A stretch of DNA of 50,998 bases from an uncultured Acidimicrobiia bacterium. Its GTDB lineage: Bacteria > Actinomycetota > Acidimicrobiia > Spongiisociales > UBA4744. Position 1 is the first letter of the stretch. The number at the start of each line of letters is the position of its first letter. Where the stretch lies: NCBI GenBank assembly GCA_964633745.1, contig CAZWHZ010000004.1, positions 1 to 50,998 on the forward strand. Reading direction: 5' to 3'. The position numbers and the translations under genes are program-made. The notes below the pieces were generated by a model. That model did not search any database, was not told the DNA's origin, and was given only the letters and a program-made list of their open reading frames with translations. Shown here in pieces: positions 1 to 9,314 of the stretch.

Positions 1-57
1 CCTTCTCTATGCGATCAATAATCGGCCCGACTCGTTGGGTGCTTGAGGGGTTTGGGG

Positions 58-1119
58 CTAGGGCAGCACCCCGTCTCTCTTCGCCTGCGCCTTGAACGCC
101 TGGAATTCCTCGTAGGTCGCTGCGAACGAGTGTCCCCCGTCCGAGCTGGTGAGCACGTAGTAGAGGTACTCCGTGATCGCAGGGTCCGCGGCCGCCGCGA
201 GACTCGCCAGTCCTGGGGCGTCGATCGGCGTAGGTGGCAGTCCCAGATTCCGATATGTGTTGTAGGGGGAATCTGTGTCGAGGTCCTCTGCCGTCAGCCC
301 GATGCCACGCTCCCCCATCGCATACAACACGGTGGCGTCGATCTGCAGCGGCATGCCGATTGCCAACCGGTTGACGATTACGCTGGCGATCAGAGGACGA
401 TCCACGTCGAGTTTCGCCTCCGCCTCGATCATCGAAGCGATGATCACTCCATCTCGGACGCCGTAGCCCATCTCCTCGAGAGGACTCCAGTCCACTGAGG
501 CAACGCGGTCCTCCATCGTCGATGCGAGGCGTTGGAGGATCTCACGAGGGGTCGCGTCACCCGTGAACTCGTACGTGTCCGGGAATAGGCCCCCTTCCCA
601 GCCTTGGAAGCTGCTTCCTCCGAATCCCAAGGATGAGCTCACGTCGACGAGCGCCTCCGCGAACTGCTCCCTGGTGTACGGCGTCTGCTCTGCGAGACGA
701 TCGAGGATTTCCGACACGCGCAGGCCCTCGTGGATCGTCACGCGATAGGCGTCCGACTCGGGCCCGGCCAGCAGCACATCCAGGGCCTCTCCAGCTGTCA
801 TCCCCGTTGTGAAGCTGTAGTTTCCTGCCTGAAGGCGATCCCCGACTCCGCCGGTTCTCACGGCGAGCTCGAACGACAGCGAAGAATCGATCACGCCGGC
901 CCGGGCAAGTTGCTCCCCGATCTGACGAGCCGATGATCCTTTCGTCACCTCGAGTCGCAGCGGGAGACCGGGGACGATTCCCGCGGGTGCCGTGATGTCC
1001 GGCGGACTTCCGAGCTGTCCCGCCCAGTTGGCGAGCCCGCGTCCCCCCAGGACCGCTGCAACACCGACGGCGATGATCGCAAGGGCAACCGATATGGCTC
1101 TGCCCGCTCCGCTCTTCAC
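58..1119 (-). CDS. mltG: Endolytic murein transglycosylase, YceG/MltG family
   Basis: 353-aa ORF. N-terminal TM helix (AISVALAIIAVGVAAVLGG). YceG-type core IASMIEAEAKL...VNRL...PLQIDATVLYA. GTG start overlaps the ruvX stop (GTGA). Same position as in the actinobacterial alaS-ruvX-mltG synteny. Confidence 0.85.
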   Translation of the reverse strand: MKSGAGRAISVALAIIAVGVAAVLGGRGLANWAGQLGSPPDITAPAGIVPGLPLRLEVTKGSSARQIGEQLARAGVIDSSLSFELAVRTGGVGDRLQAGNYSFTTGMTAGEALDVLLAGPESDAYRVTIHEGLRVSEILDRLAEQTPYTREQFAEALVDVSSSLGFGGSSFQGWEGGLFPDTYEFTGDATPREILQRLASTMEDRVASVDWSPLEEMGYGVRDGVIIASMIEAEAKLDVDRPLIASVIVNRLAIGMPLQIDATVLYAMGERGIGLTAEDLDTDSPYNTYRNLGLPPTPIDAPGLASLAAAADPAITEYLYYVLTSSDGGHSFAATYEEFQAFKAQAKRDGVLP

Positions 1120-1514
1120 GTGCCCGTCCCCAGGTACCCCTCGAGAAGCAATGCTGCGGCGACCTTGTCGACGACGTCCTTGCGACGCTTGCGACGTACC
1201 CCACCTTCGAGCAGCGCCCGTTGCGCATCGGACGTCGTGAAGCGTTCATCGATCATACGAACGGCGATGCCTGTGAGCTGCTCCACGCGTCTCGCGAACT
1301 CCCTCGCCGCGACTGCCGAAGGCCCTTCGGTGCCGTCCAGGGACGTTGGTAGCCCCACGATGATCTCATCGACGTCCTGAACGAGGTCGGGAAGGCGTGC
1401 ATCGAGATCGCCGACGAAAACCACATCGAGCGGCTGCGCGGTGATACGAAGTGGATCTGACACGGCTACGCCGATGCGAACGGTTCCATAGTCCAGTGCG
1501 AGAACGCGGCCCAT
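1116..1514 (-). CDS. ruvX: Putative pre-16S rRNA nuclease / Holliday-junction-resolvase-like YqgF (RuvX)
   Basis: N-terminus MGRVLALDYGTVRIGVAVSD matches the YqgF signature. ATG at 1514 shares 1 nt with the alaS stop (TGATG). The track start at 1517 is a TTG one codon upstream. Confidence 0.85.
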   Translation of the reverse strand: MGRVLALDYGTVRIGVAVSDPLRITAQPLDVVFVGDLDARLPDLVQDVDEIIVGLPTSLDGTEGPSAVAAREFARRVEQLTGIAVRMIDERFTTSDAQRALLEGGVRRKRRKDVVDKVAAALLLEGYLGTGT

Positions 1515-4129
1515 CAACCCAACGCTCTTCCCGCCGCATCTCTGATCGCGTCGAGGGCCTCAGAGAGGCGATCAGCGTTGGGGCCGCCGGCCTGAGCCAG
1601 CTCAGGATCTCTGCTTCCACCTCCACCCAGGATCCGAGCTCCGGGCATGAGCAGTTCAGCTGCAGAAACGCCGCGAGACACGAGATCGGCGCTCAGTACC
1701 GCGACCAGTGCGCCCTTGCCACCTGCGGCGCTGCCAAGCACGACGACGCCCCGTCCCAAGCGATCTCTCAGCGTAAGAGCCAGACCTCGCAGTTGCCCCG
1801 GCGGAACGTCCTCCCTGGCGGCGACCAGCACCTTGACGTCTCCAATCACCGTGGCCTCATTCACGAGTTCTCCTGCCTCTTCGGCTTGGAGTTTCGCTCG
1901 GAGTGTGGACGCCTCCTCTTCCAAGGATCTCATCCGCTCGAGGAGCTGCCGGACCCTGGCCGGGACCTCCTCCGGCTGTGCTCTGAGGAGCTGACCGGTC
2001 TCACCCAAGCGACGGCGCAGCCCGGCCAGATAGTCGTATCCATGATCCCCGGAGTACGCCTCGATCCGGCGGAGGTTCGAGCCGACCGACGACTCACCGA
2101 GAATCACCAACGGGCCGACCTGACCAGATGATGGTGTGTGCGTTCCCCCGCACAACTCCTTCGAGAAGTCACCGATCTCGACGACGCGCACAACATCCCC
2201 GTACTTGTCGCCGAAGAACGCAAGCGCTCCGAGGTCGCTCGCATGGTCCATGGAGGTGTTGAACGTGTGTACGTGGGAATTCGCGATCACTCGCTCGTTT
2301 GCGATCCGCTCGATCTCGGCGAATTCCTCGTCGGCCAATCCGCCGAAGTGACTGAAGTCGAACCGCAGGCGGCCGGCCTCCACCCGAGACCCGGCCTGAT
2401 GGACGTGATCGCCGAGCACACTCCTCAGTGCCCAATGCAGTATGTGTGTGCCCGTATGGCTCTTCGAGATCGCTTCCCTCCTCGGGGAGTCGACCATCGC
2501 CTCCACCTGATCCCCAACTCGCATCTCGCCCGTGACCACTTTCACATGGTGCGAGACGAGCCCAGGAACGGCAGCCTGGGTGTCGGTCACGACGCCTCGG
2601 GCGCCGGGAGTCTGGAGAAAGCCAGAGTCTCCGACCTGGCCGCCCGCCTCGGCGTAGAACGGGGTTCGGTCGAGAAAGACTTCCACGGCCTGGCCCACAC
2701 TCGCCGAGTCGACCGACTCGCCATCTCGCAGCATCGCGACAACCGTGGAACCGGCCACGAGTTCCGAGTACCCAAGGAACTCCGATGGCCCGATCCCGTC
2801 GAGGAGCCGCCGGTACACGCCTTCGTCGGCAGCTTCCTCGGCCCCCTTCCACGCCGATCTGGCCCGCTCACGCTGCTCGTCCATCGCCTGTTCGAACGTT
2901 TCCATATCGACGCTCACGCCCTGTTCAGAGGCGATCTCCGTGGTCAGCTCTACCGGAAACCCGTACGTGTCGTGCAGTTTGAAGGCCACCGAGCCCGCGA
3001 GACGATCGCCTTCTGTGAGCCCGGCAAGGGCTTCATCCAAGAGGTTGTGTCCTGAAGACAGGGTTGCGCGAAACCGATCCTCCTCTCGGCTCACGACGTC
3101 CTGGATGAAGCTCTCCTTCTCGACCAACTCCGGGTACCCCGACCCGAGGATCCGAACGGTCTCTTCGACAAGGAGCGGGGTGATCAGCGAGCTGCCCCCG
3201 AGGCGCCAGGCATGACGAACGGCGCGACGAAGCACCCGCCGCAGCACGTAGCCCCGGCCCTCGTTGGACGGGACAACACCATCGGCGATCAGGAACGTGA
3301 TCGCCCTGCCGTGGTCGGCCAGCACGCGCAACGACACGTCGGTCAGAGGATCCTTGCCGTAGGCAACCCCGGAGTGACGTTCCGCAACGGCGAGAATCGG
3401 CCGCACGGTATCGATGTCGAACACCGTCGCTTTGCCCTGGAGCACCATCGCGATCCGCTCCAGCCCCATGCCTGTGTCGATGCTCTTGGCCGGCAGGTCT
3501 CCAACAACATGGTACGGCTGGTCCTGTACGTACTGCATGAACACGAGGTTCCAGATTTCGACGAATCGATCTTCATCGACCGCTGGGCCCCCGTCGGCCC
3601 CATACTGCGCGCCCCGGTCGTAAAAGATCTCCGAAGACGGGCCTGCGGGCCCCGGTACACCCATCTGCCAGAAGTTGTCCCGTCCCCGGCGTTGCACACG
3701 GTCAGGTCGGGCTCCGACGTCGTCGATCCATATGCCTGCTGCCTCGTCGTCGCTCTCGTGTACGGTGAACCAGAGGAACTCCGGGTCGATCCCGAAGCCT
3801 TCCGTTACCAGCTCGTACGCGTACGGGATTGCCTTCTCCTTGAAGTAGTCGCCAAAGCTGAAGTTTCCGAGCATTTGGAAGAACGTGAAGTGGCGCGCCG
3901 TCGTACCGATGATGTCGATGTCGACGGCGCGAAAGACCTTCTGCACCGACGTCGCACGCGGGTATGGCGGCGTCTCCTCACCGAGGAAGTACGGCTTGAA
4001 TGGCACCATTCCTGCGTTGGTGAGGAGCAGGGTGGGGTCAACGGGTATGAGCGACGCCGAAGGACGGACCTCGTGGCCCCGTTCCTCGAAGAAGCGCAGA
4101 AACGACGAACGAATGCGTGCTGATTCCAT
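1514..4129 (-). CDS. alaS: Alanine--tRNA ligase
   Basis: 871 aa. FLRFFEERGH, PSASLIP, FTNAGM-like and FEMLGNFSFGDYFK-like (FQMLGNFSFGDYFK) class II AlaRS motifs. HTGTH editing-domain motif. C-terminal DHHA1-like region. Confidence 0.96.
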   Translation of the reverse strand: MESARIRSSFLRFFEERGHEVRPSASLIPVDPTLLLTNAGMVPFKPYFLGEETPPYPRATSVQKVFRAVDIDIIGTTARHFTFFQMLGNFSFGDYFKEKAIPYAYELVTEGFGIDPEFLWFTVHESDDEAAGIWIDDVGARPDRVQRRGRDNFWQMGVPGPAGPSSEIFYDRGAQYGADGGPAVDEDRFVEIWNLVFMQYVQDQPYHVVGDLPAKSIDTGMGLERIAMVLQGKATVFDIDTVRPILAVAERHSGVAYGKDPLTDVSLRVLADHGRAITFLIADGVVPSNEGRGYVLRRVLRRAVRHAWRLGGSSLITPLLVEETVRILGSGYPELVEKESFIQDVVSREEDRFRATLSSGHNLLDEALAGLTEGDRLAGSVAFKLHDTYGFPVELTTEIASEQGVSVDMETFEQAMDEQRERARSAWKGAEEAADEGVYRRLLDGIGPSEFLGYSELVAGSTVVAMLRDGESVDSASVGQAVEVFLDRTPFYAEAGGQVGDSGFLQTPGARGVVTDTQAAVPGLVSHHVKVVTGEMRVGDQVEAMVDSPRREAISKSHTGTHILHWALRSVLGDHVHQAGSRVEAGRLRFDFSHFGGLADEEFAEIERIANERVIANSHVHTFNTSMDHASDLGALAFFGDKYGDVVRVVEIGDFSKELCGGTHTPSSGQVGPLVILGESSVGSNLRRIEAYSGDHGYDYLAGLRRRLGETGQLLRAQPEEVPARVRQLLERMRSLEEEASTLRAKLQAEEAGELVNEATVIGDVKVLVAAREDVPPGQLRGLALTLRDRLGRGVVVLGSAAGGKGALVAVLSADLVSRGVSAAELLMPGARILGGGGSRDPELAQAGGPNADRLSEALDAIRDAAGRALG

Positions 4130-4141
4130 GGGCGTTCCAGG

Positions 4142-4330
4142 TTAGTTGGGGCGCCGGGCCAGACGGGTCCCACCGGCGTCGAGCAGATCCGCGACGACCA
4201 AGGCGCCGCTGCGGGCAAGATGCGCCGGCGTCAGCGCCACCTTCGCTCGCTCGATTCGTCTGAGTACGCGAATGGTTCCCCAGGCACCCGCGAACGCACC
4301 CGCGGCGAACCACCACAGTCTGACCATCAT
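4142..4330 (-). CDS. Small hypothetical membrane protein
   Basis: 62-aa ORF fills the rarA-alaS gap on the same strand. It has one hydrophobic helix (LWWFAAGAFAGAWG) followed by a basic stretch. No recognisable family. Confidence 0.4.
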   Translation of the reverse strand: MMVRLWWFAAGAFAGAWGTIRVLRRIERAKVALTPAHLARSGALVVADLLDAGGTRLARRPN

Positions 4331-4339
4331 GCGGGAAGG

Positions 4340-5671
4340 TTAGCGCTCCCTCCCAGGGTCCTGCCCGGCCGTCCACCTCTGGACGCGTTCCGCAATCTCC
4401 CGTTCTTCTCCCTGTGTTCCAGGTTCGAAGAGGCGCGCGCCCTCGAGCTCATCGGGAAGGTACTGCTGCACCACGAAGTGTCCTTCGTAGTCGTGGGGAT
4501 AGCGGTACTCGGTCCCGTGACCGATCTTCTGAGCGCCCTTGTACGAAGCATCCCTGAGGTGTGCCGGCACCTCGGCCCCGGGTGTCCTCTCCACGGCTTC
4601 CTTTGCCCGAGCGATCGTCGTGGCCATGGTGTTCGATTTGGGCGCCGTAGCGAGGTAGGTGGCGGCGTGGGTCAACGCATAGCCTGCTTCCGGGAGCCCC
4701 ACGTATGCCAGGGCCTGGGATGCCGCCACGGCGATTGGCAGCGCATGCGGGTCGGCGAGTCCTACGTCCTCGGAAGCGAAGACGATCATGCGCCGCACGA
4801 TGAACTCTGGATCCTCTCCGGCCTCGAGCATCGTGTGTAGCCAGTAGGCGGCTGCATCGACGTCCGAACCCCGCATGCTCTTGATGAACGCCGAGATGAC
4901 GTCGTAGTGACGATCCCCGGACTTGTCGTAGCGCACGATCCGTCGCTGGAGCGCCTCAGCGACGTCGCCCTCGGTGATCCCCGTCCTCCCCGCCCCGATC
5001 GCGAGACCGGCTGCCACCTCCAGACCATTCAGAACCAAGCGAGCATCGCCCCCAACTCTCTCGGCCAGCGCCACCCGGGCATCGTCATCCAGTGTGAGCC
5101 CCTGTCCCCCGAGACCCCGCTCCGAGTCGCCCAGCGCGCGCTCGAGGAGGATTTCGAGATCGGTGGATTCAATGCCTTCGAGCCGGAACAGGCTCGCTCG
5201 CGACATCAGAGGCGAGTTCACCTCGAAGAAAGGATTCTCGGTCGTGGCACCGATCAGGACGATCGTCCCGTCCTCCACTCCCGGAAGCAGTGCATCCTGT
5301 TGCGACTTGGAGAATCGATGAATCTCATCGAGGAATAGCACGGTCCGCCGCTCTTCCTCGCCGAGGCGGCGATCAGCTTCCTCGAGAACCCTGCGTACAT
5401 CGCGCACCCCGGCCGAGGTAGCAGAGAGCTGCTCGAACCATGCCGAGCCTGCGGCCAGACGGGCAAGGGTCGTCTTCCCTGTACCCGGTGGACCCCACAG
5501 GATCATCGACATGGGCCGCCCCGACTCGATCAGTCTCCGGAACGCCGAACCTTCACCAACCAAGTGCCGCTGGCCGACGACCTCCTCGAGGCCTGTTGGA
5601 CGCATCCGGGCGGCGAGTGGAGCGACGTGCGCCTTCACCTCCGCCCGGTGGGCCTCGAAAAGGTCCCCCAT
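4340..5671 (-). CDS. rarA: Replication-associated recombination protein A (AAA+ ATPase, MgsA/RarA)
   Basis: 443 aa. Walker A GPPGTGKTTLA, Walker B VLFLDEIHRF, C-terminal MgsA domain (YDVISAFIKSMRGSD, AAYWL). Confidence 0.93.
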   Translation of the reverse strand: MGDLFEAHRAEVKAHVAPLAARMRPTGLEEVVGQRHLVGEGSAFRRLIESGRPMSMILWGPPGTGKTTLARLAAGSAWFEQLSATSAGVRDVRRVLEEADRRLGEEERRTVLFLDEIHRFSKSQQDALLPGVEDGTIVLIGATTENPFFEVNSPLMSRASLFRLEGIESTDLEILLERALGDSERGLGGQGLTLDDDARVALAERVGGDARLVLNGLEVAAGLAIGAGRTGITEGDVAEALQRRIVRYDKSGDRHYDVISAFIKSMRGSDVDAAAYWLHTMLEAGEDPEFIVRRMIVFASEDVGLADPHALPIAVAASQALAYVGLPEAGYALTHAATYLATAPKSNTMATTIARAKEAVERTPGAEVPAHLRDASYKGAQKIGHGTEYRYPHDYEGHFVVQQYLPDELEGARLFEPGTQGEEREIAERVQRWTAGQDPGRER

Positions 5672-5672
5672 G

Positions 5673-7430
5673 TCAGTCCCCTGCCTTCACCTCCGGTCGG
5701 AGGGCGATACCGAGCTCCTGGAGCTGTTCGTCGTCGACCGGTGTCGGAGAGCCGCTCATCGGATCGGTTCCCGTTTGCGTCTTTGGAAATGGAATGACCT
5801 CTCGAATGGATCGTTCTCCCTGGAGGATCGCCAGGAGGCGGTCGATGCCCACGGCGAACCCCGCATGTGGAGGCGTACCGAATCGGAGGCCTTTCACGAA
5901 CCAGCCGAACCGCCGTTCCGCATCTTCCGGTCCGATCCCGAGGATGTCGAACACCTGTTGCTGCACGATCGGATCGTGAATCCTGACGCTCCCGGATCCC
6001 AGTTCCGACCCGTTGAGAACGAGATCGTACGACTTCGAGATCGCCGTCTCGGGCGAGGTCCGCATCTCATCGACATCGATGGGCGCGGTGAACGGGTGGT
6101 GTGCGGGTGACAAGCTTCCGTCGTCGTTCACGTCGAATACCGGAAAGTCGATGACCCAGAGGAACGCCAGCTCTTCGTGGTCCTTGGGTTGCCCCAGTTC
6201 CAGCCGAAGTTGTCCGAGAACGCTGCCTGCCAGCTTGGAGGTGTCGGCGACGAGCAGCAAGAGATCCCCCGGCGTGCCATCGAGGGCTTCGATGATCGAT
6301 CTCTGTTCCCCGTCGGACAGAAACTTGGCGATGGACGAACGCAGGCCATTCTCCTCGACGACGAGCGACATGAGGCCCTTGGCGCCCAAGGCCCGTGCCC
6401 GATCGGTGAGCGCGTCCATGGCCGACCGAGACAAGCCGACGGCACCGACGTTGATACCCCTGACGACGCCCCCACCGGCCACTGTCGAGGCAAACACGTC
6501 GAATGCCGATCCACCGACCAGAGAGCTGATGTCGTGAATTTCCATGCCGAAGCGAAGATCTGGCTTGTCTGTCCCGTAACGATCCATGACATCGGAGTAC
6601 GTCAGGCGTCGGAAGGGCGTTGGTACCTTCATTCCCCGCACCCGCTCGACGACCGCCGAGATGACCTGCTCGAGTGTCTCGAAGACTTCCTCTCGCCCCC
6701 AGAAGGCACCTTCGAGGTCGAGTTGGATGAACTCGAGCTGTCTGTCGCTCCTGAAGTCCTCATCGCGATAGCACCGGGCGATTTGGTAGTAGCGGTCGAC
6801 GCCGGCGACCATGAGGAGCTGCTTGAACAGCTGCGGAGACTGTGGGAGCGCGTAGAACGAGCCTTTCCGCAGACGCGACGGCACCAGCACGTCGCGGGCA
6901 CCCTCGGGTGTCGATCGGATGAGAGTGGGCGTGTCGACATCCATGAATCCCAGCCCATCGAGTACCTCCCGCATCGCTCTGAACGCGGCCGAGCGGGCGC
7001 GAAGATTGGCCGCCATCCGTGGGGTGCGGAGGTCGAGGAATCGGTACTCGAGGCGAGTACGCTCGTCGACGTCCACCCGATCGTCGAGCATGAACGGAAG
7101 GGTCTCCGATGCCGACAGCACGGTCAGCTCATCGACGGCGATCTCGACCATACCCGTTGGCATCTCCGCGTTCTGGGTGCCTTCGGGCCGCGCCCGAACG
7201 ACCCCATGGAGCGAGACGACGTACTCGAGCTTGAGCTTGTGAGCTTCGGGGAACTCCTCAGGATCGATGACCGCTTGCACGATGCCCGAGGCATCCCGAA
7301 GATCGATGAAGATGATGGCGCCGTGGTCGCGGCGGCGGTCGACCCAGCCGGCGACTCTGACGGCTTCTCCGGAACGTTCGTCGCTCACGTGTCTTGCGTA
7401 CGTGTCTCGATAGACATCTACCTGAGCCAT
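5673..7430 (-). CDS. aspS: Aspartate--tRNA ligase
   Basis: FIDLRD, QSPQLFKQLLM, FRDEDFRSDRQ-like and GGGxxRxxM-type class IIb motifs. I start at the internal ATG 7430 (MAQVDVYRDTY), which is preceded by GAGGAGG. The track start at 7508 adds 26 Arg/Gly-rich residues overlapping hisS. Confidence 0.95.
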   Translation of the reverse strand: MAQVDVYRDTYARHVSDERSGEAVRVAGWVDRRRDHGAIIFIDLRDASGIVQAVIDPEEFPEAHKLKLEYVVSLHGVVRARPEGTQNAEMPTGMVEIAVDELTVLSASETLPFMLDDRVDVDERTRLEYRFLDLRTPRMAANLRARSAAFRAMREVLDGLGFMDVDTPTLIRSTPEGARDVLVPSRLRKGSFYALPQSPQLFKQLLMVAGVDRYYQIARCYRDEDFRSDRQLEFIQLDLEGAFWGREEVFETLEQVISAVVERVRGMKVPTPFRRLTYSDVMDRYGTDKPDLRFGMEIHDISSLVGGSAFDVFASTVAGGGVVRGINVGAVGLSRSAMDALTDRARALGAKGLMSLVVEENGLRSSIAKFLSDGEQRSIIEALDGTPGDLLLLVADTSKLAGSVLGQLRLELGQPKDHEELAFLWVIDFPVFDVNDDGSLSPAHHPFTAPIDVDEMRTSPETAISKSYDLVLNGSELGSGSVRIHDPIVQQQVFDILGIGPEDAERRFGWFVKGLRFGTPPHAGFAVGIDRLLAILQGERSIREVIPFPKTQTGTDPMSGSPTPVDDEQLQELGIALRPEVKAGD

Positions 7431-8641
7431 TCCGAAACCTCCTCGACAGGTACCGCTCGCTGGTCTCCCGTCGTCATGTCCCTGGCGGTCACCGCCCCGT
7501 CGCGCCATTCCTCGCCGATCACCAGGACATTCGGCGCTTCTCGACGAGAGGCGATCTTGAACTGCGCTTTGACCGACCGCCTGTCGGGGTCATAGTCGAC
7601 TCGGAACCCTCGAGCACGCAAATCGGAGACCAGCTCGATCGCTTCCGTCCGCAATCCCTCTTCGGCGACGACCACGAAGACGTCTAGAGCCCCTTCTTCG
7701 ACGATGTCTCCCAGAGCGAGAACGATACGGTCCAGCCCCAATGCGAAGCCCACGCCAGGGATGGGGGGCCCTCCGATGGACTCGGAGAGACCGTCGTACC
7801 TCCCTCCGCCACCAACCGCGTTCTGTGCAGCGTCGAGATCGGTCGCGATGTACTCGAACGCGGTCCTCGTGTAGTAGTCGAGCCCGCGTACGAGGTGAGG
7901 GTCTTCCACGAAGGGGACGAGTACCGCTCCCAGAGTGTCCTTCACCGTCTGATAGTGGACAGCACACGCATCGCAGAGATGTTCGACCGGGGTTGGGGCG
8001 TCCCGCAGAAGGGGCTTGCACACCTTGCAGTCCAAGACGCGCAGCGGATTACTGTCGATTCGCCGGCGACTATCGTCGCAGAGTTCATCCTCACGGGCCT
8101 TCAGGTACTCCTTCAAGACTTCCTGATACGCAGGACGGCAGACCGGGTCACCGATCGAGTTGATGGTGACGGCCACGTCGACCAGTCCCACGTCGCGCAG
8201 GTACCGATATCCGAGTTCGATGACCTCCGCGTCCGCCAGGGGTGAGTCGGTACCGATGTACTCGGCGTCGAGTTGGTAGAACTGCCGCCGCCGACCGGCT
8301 TGGGGCCGTTCGTACCGAAACATCGGACCCCAGCTGGCGGCCTTGCGCACTCCGCTGCCTCCTGCCTGCTGGTGAGCGCGCATGACAGAAGGTGTCGCCT
8401 CCGGCCGCAAGGTCAGTGACCGGCCACCCTTGTCGCTGAATGAGTACATCTGCTTCTGGACGATCTCCGTGTCTTCTCCGGAGCCCCTCGCAAACAGCTC
8501 TGTGGCCTCGAAAAGCGGTGTGAAGATCAGGTCGTATCCGAAGCGTTCAGTGATTTGATCCCATGTGCGGAGCATCCTGCGCCATGTTCTGGCTACCGGC
8601 GCCAGGATGTCATCGGTACCTTTGGGTGCACGGATGGTCAT
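7418..8641 (-). CDS. hisS: Histidine--tRNA ligase
   Basis: MTIRAPKGTDDIL N-terminus, and FRYERPQAGRRRQFYQ motif 2. ATG 8641 overlaps the stop of the upstream MBL gene (ATGA). The 74-aa track extension overlaps that gene and is rejected. Confidence 0.95.
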   Translation of the reverse strand: MTIRAPKGTDDILAPVARTWRRMLRTWDQITERFGYDLIFTPLFEATELFARGSGEDTEIVQKQMYSFSDKGGRSLTLRPEATPSVMRAHQQAGGSGVRKAASWGPMFRYERPQAGRRRQFYQLDAEYIGTDSPLADAEVIELGYRYLRDVGLVDVAVTINSIGDPVCRPAYQEVLKEYLKAREDELCDDSRRRIDSNPLRVLDCKVCKPLLRDAPTPVEHLCDACAVHYQTVKDTLGAVLVPFVEDPHLVRGLDYYTRTAFEYIATDLDAAQNAVGGGGRYDGLSESIGGPPIPGVGFALGLDRIVLALGDIVEEGALDVFVVVAEEGLRTEAIELVSDLRARGFRVDYDPDRRSVKAQFKIASRREAPNVLVIGEEWRDGAVTARDMTTGDQRAVPVEEVSEWLR

Positions 8642-9276
8642 AACAGATCTCGGAGGAACGGGTTGCTGCGACGTTCGGCCCGCATCGTAGTCGCGGGTCC
8701 GTGACCCGGGTATACGATGGTTTCGTCCGGTAGTGGCAGGATCTTCGTTCGCATGCTGCTGAGGAGTTCCGCCATGTCCCCGCCCGGAAGATCCGTTCGT
8801 CCGATCGACCCTGCGAAGAGGTGATCGCCGGAGAGCAACCGTCCCTCGACCATGAAGCAGCAATGCCCTGGCGTGTGCCCTGGCGTGTGAATCACCTCTA
8901 TGTCGAGGCCGCCCAATGCGAGACGTGTGCCATCGAACAGTCGTTCCACACGGTCCGGCGCAGGCAGAGAGGCTGATTCAGCGCCGAAGAGCGCCCTGAG
9001 TTGCGTCGCTGGGTCGAAGGTGAGGAAGTCATCGTCGGGATGCACGTACGCGCTGATCCCTGCACGTTGGCATATGTCGAACGAACCGCCGGTGTGATCG
9101 ACGTGCCCGTGTGTGAGGAGCAATGCCACCGGAGCGAGCCCGTTTCGTTCGACGAGCCCCAGGACGGCGTCGGGATCAGGCGGAGCGTCTACGATCACGC
9201 AAGGCCCTCCCCGCTCTCGCGCGACCACGTAGGTGTTGGTTCGCGCAATCCACAGACATTCGGATTCGATCAGCAC
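8638..9276 (-). CDS. MBL-fold metallo-hydrolase (glyoxalase II-like)
   Basis: 212 aa. HxHxDH motif THGHVDHTGG, later HTPGHTPGH and a GD..F region. Same position as the glyoxalase II-like gene next to hisS in mycobacteria. Confidence 0.85.
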   Translation of the reverse strand: MLIESECLWIARTNTYVVARERGGPCVIVDAPPDPDAVLGLVERNGLAPVALLLTHGHVDHTGGSFDICQRAGISAYVHPDDDFLTFDPATQLRALFGAESASLPAPDRVERLFDGTRLALGGLDIEVIHTPGHTPGHCCFMVEGRLLSGDHLFAGSIGRTDLPGGDMAELLSSMRTKILPLPDETIVYPGHGPATTMRAERRSNPFLRDLL

Positions 9277-9314
9277 CCGACGTAGCGTACTGACATCGCG
9301 CGTCTCGCTTGCTG

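Noticed and set aside
1-57. Possible 5' end of another minus-strand gene downstream of mltG at the window start.
   Set aside because: Only 57 nt are available, so no start codon or motif can be assigned.
6177-7595. Long antisense or alternative-frame ORFs. Examples: 6177-7595(+), 41835-43370(+), 39575-40822(-), 28932-29921(-), 9309-10343(+), 35311-36543(+), 13496-14590(+), 2138-3055(+), 3212-4123(+), 11722-12522(+), 29125-30234(+), 44729-45832(+).
   Set aside because: Each lies opposite to, or out of frame with, a gene that has unmistakable family motifs. Their products are Arg/Pro/Gly/Ser-rich low-complexity strings, typical of stop-codon-poor non-coding frames in high-GC DNA. None has a recognisable motif or SD.
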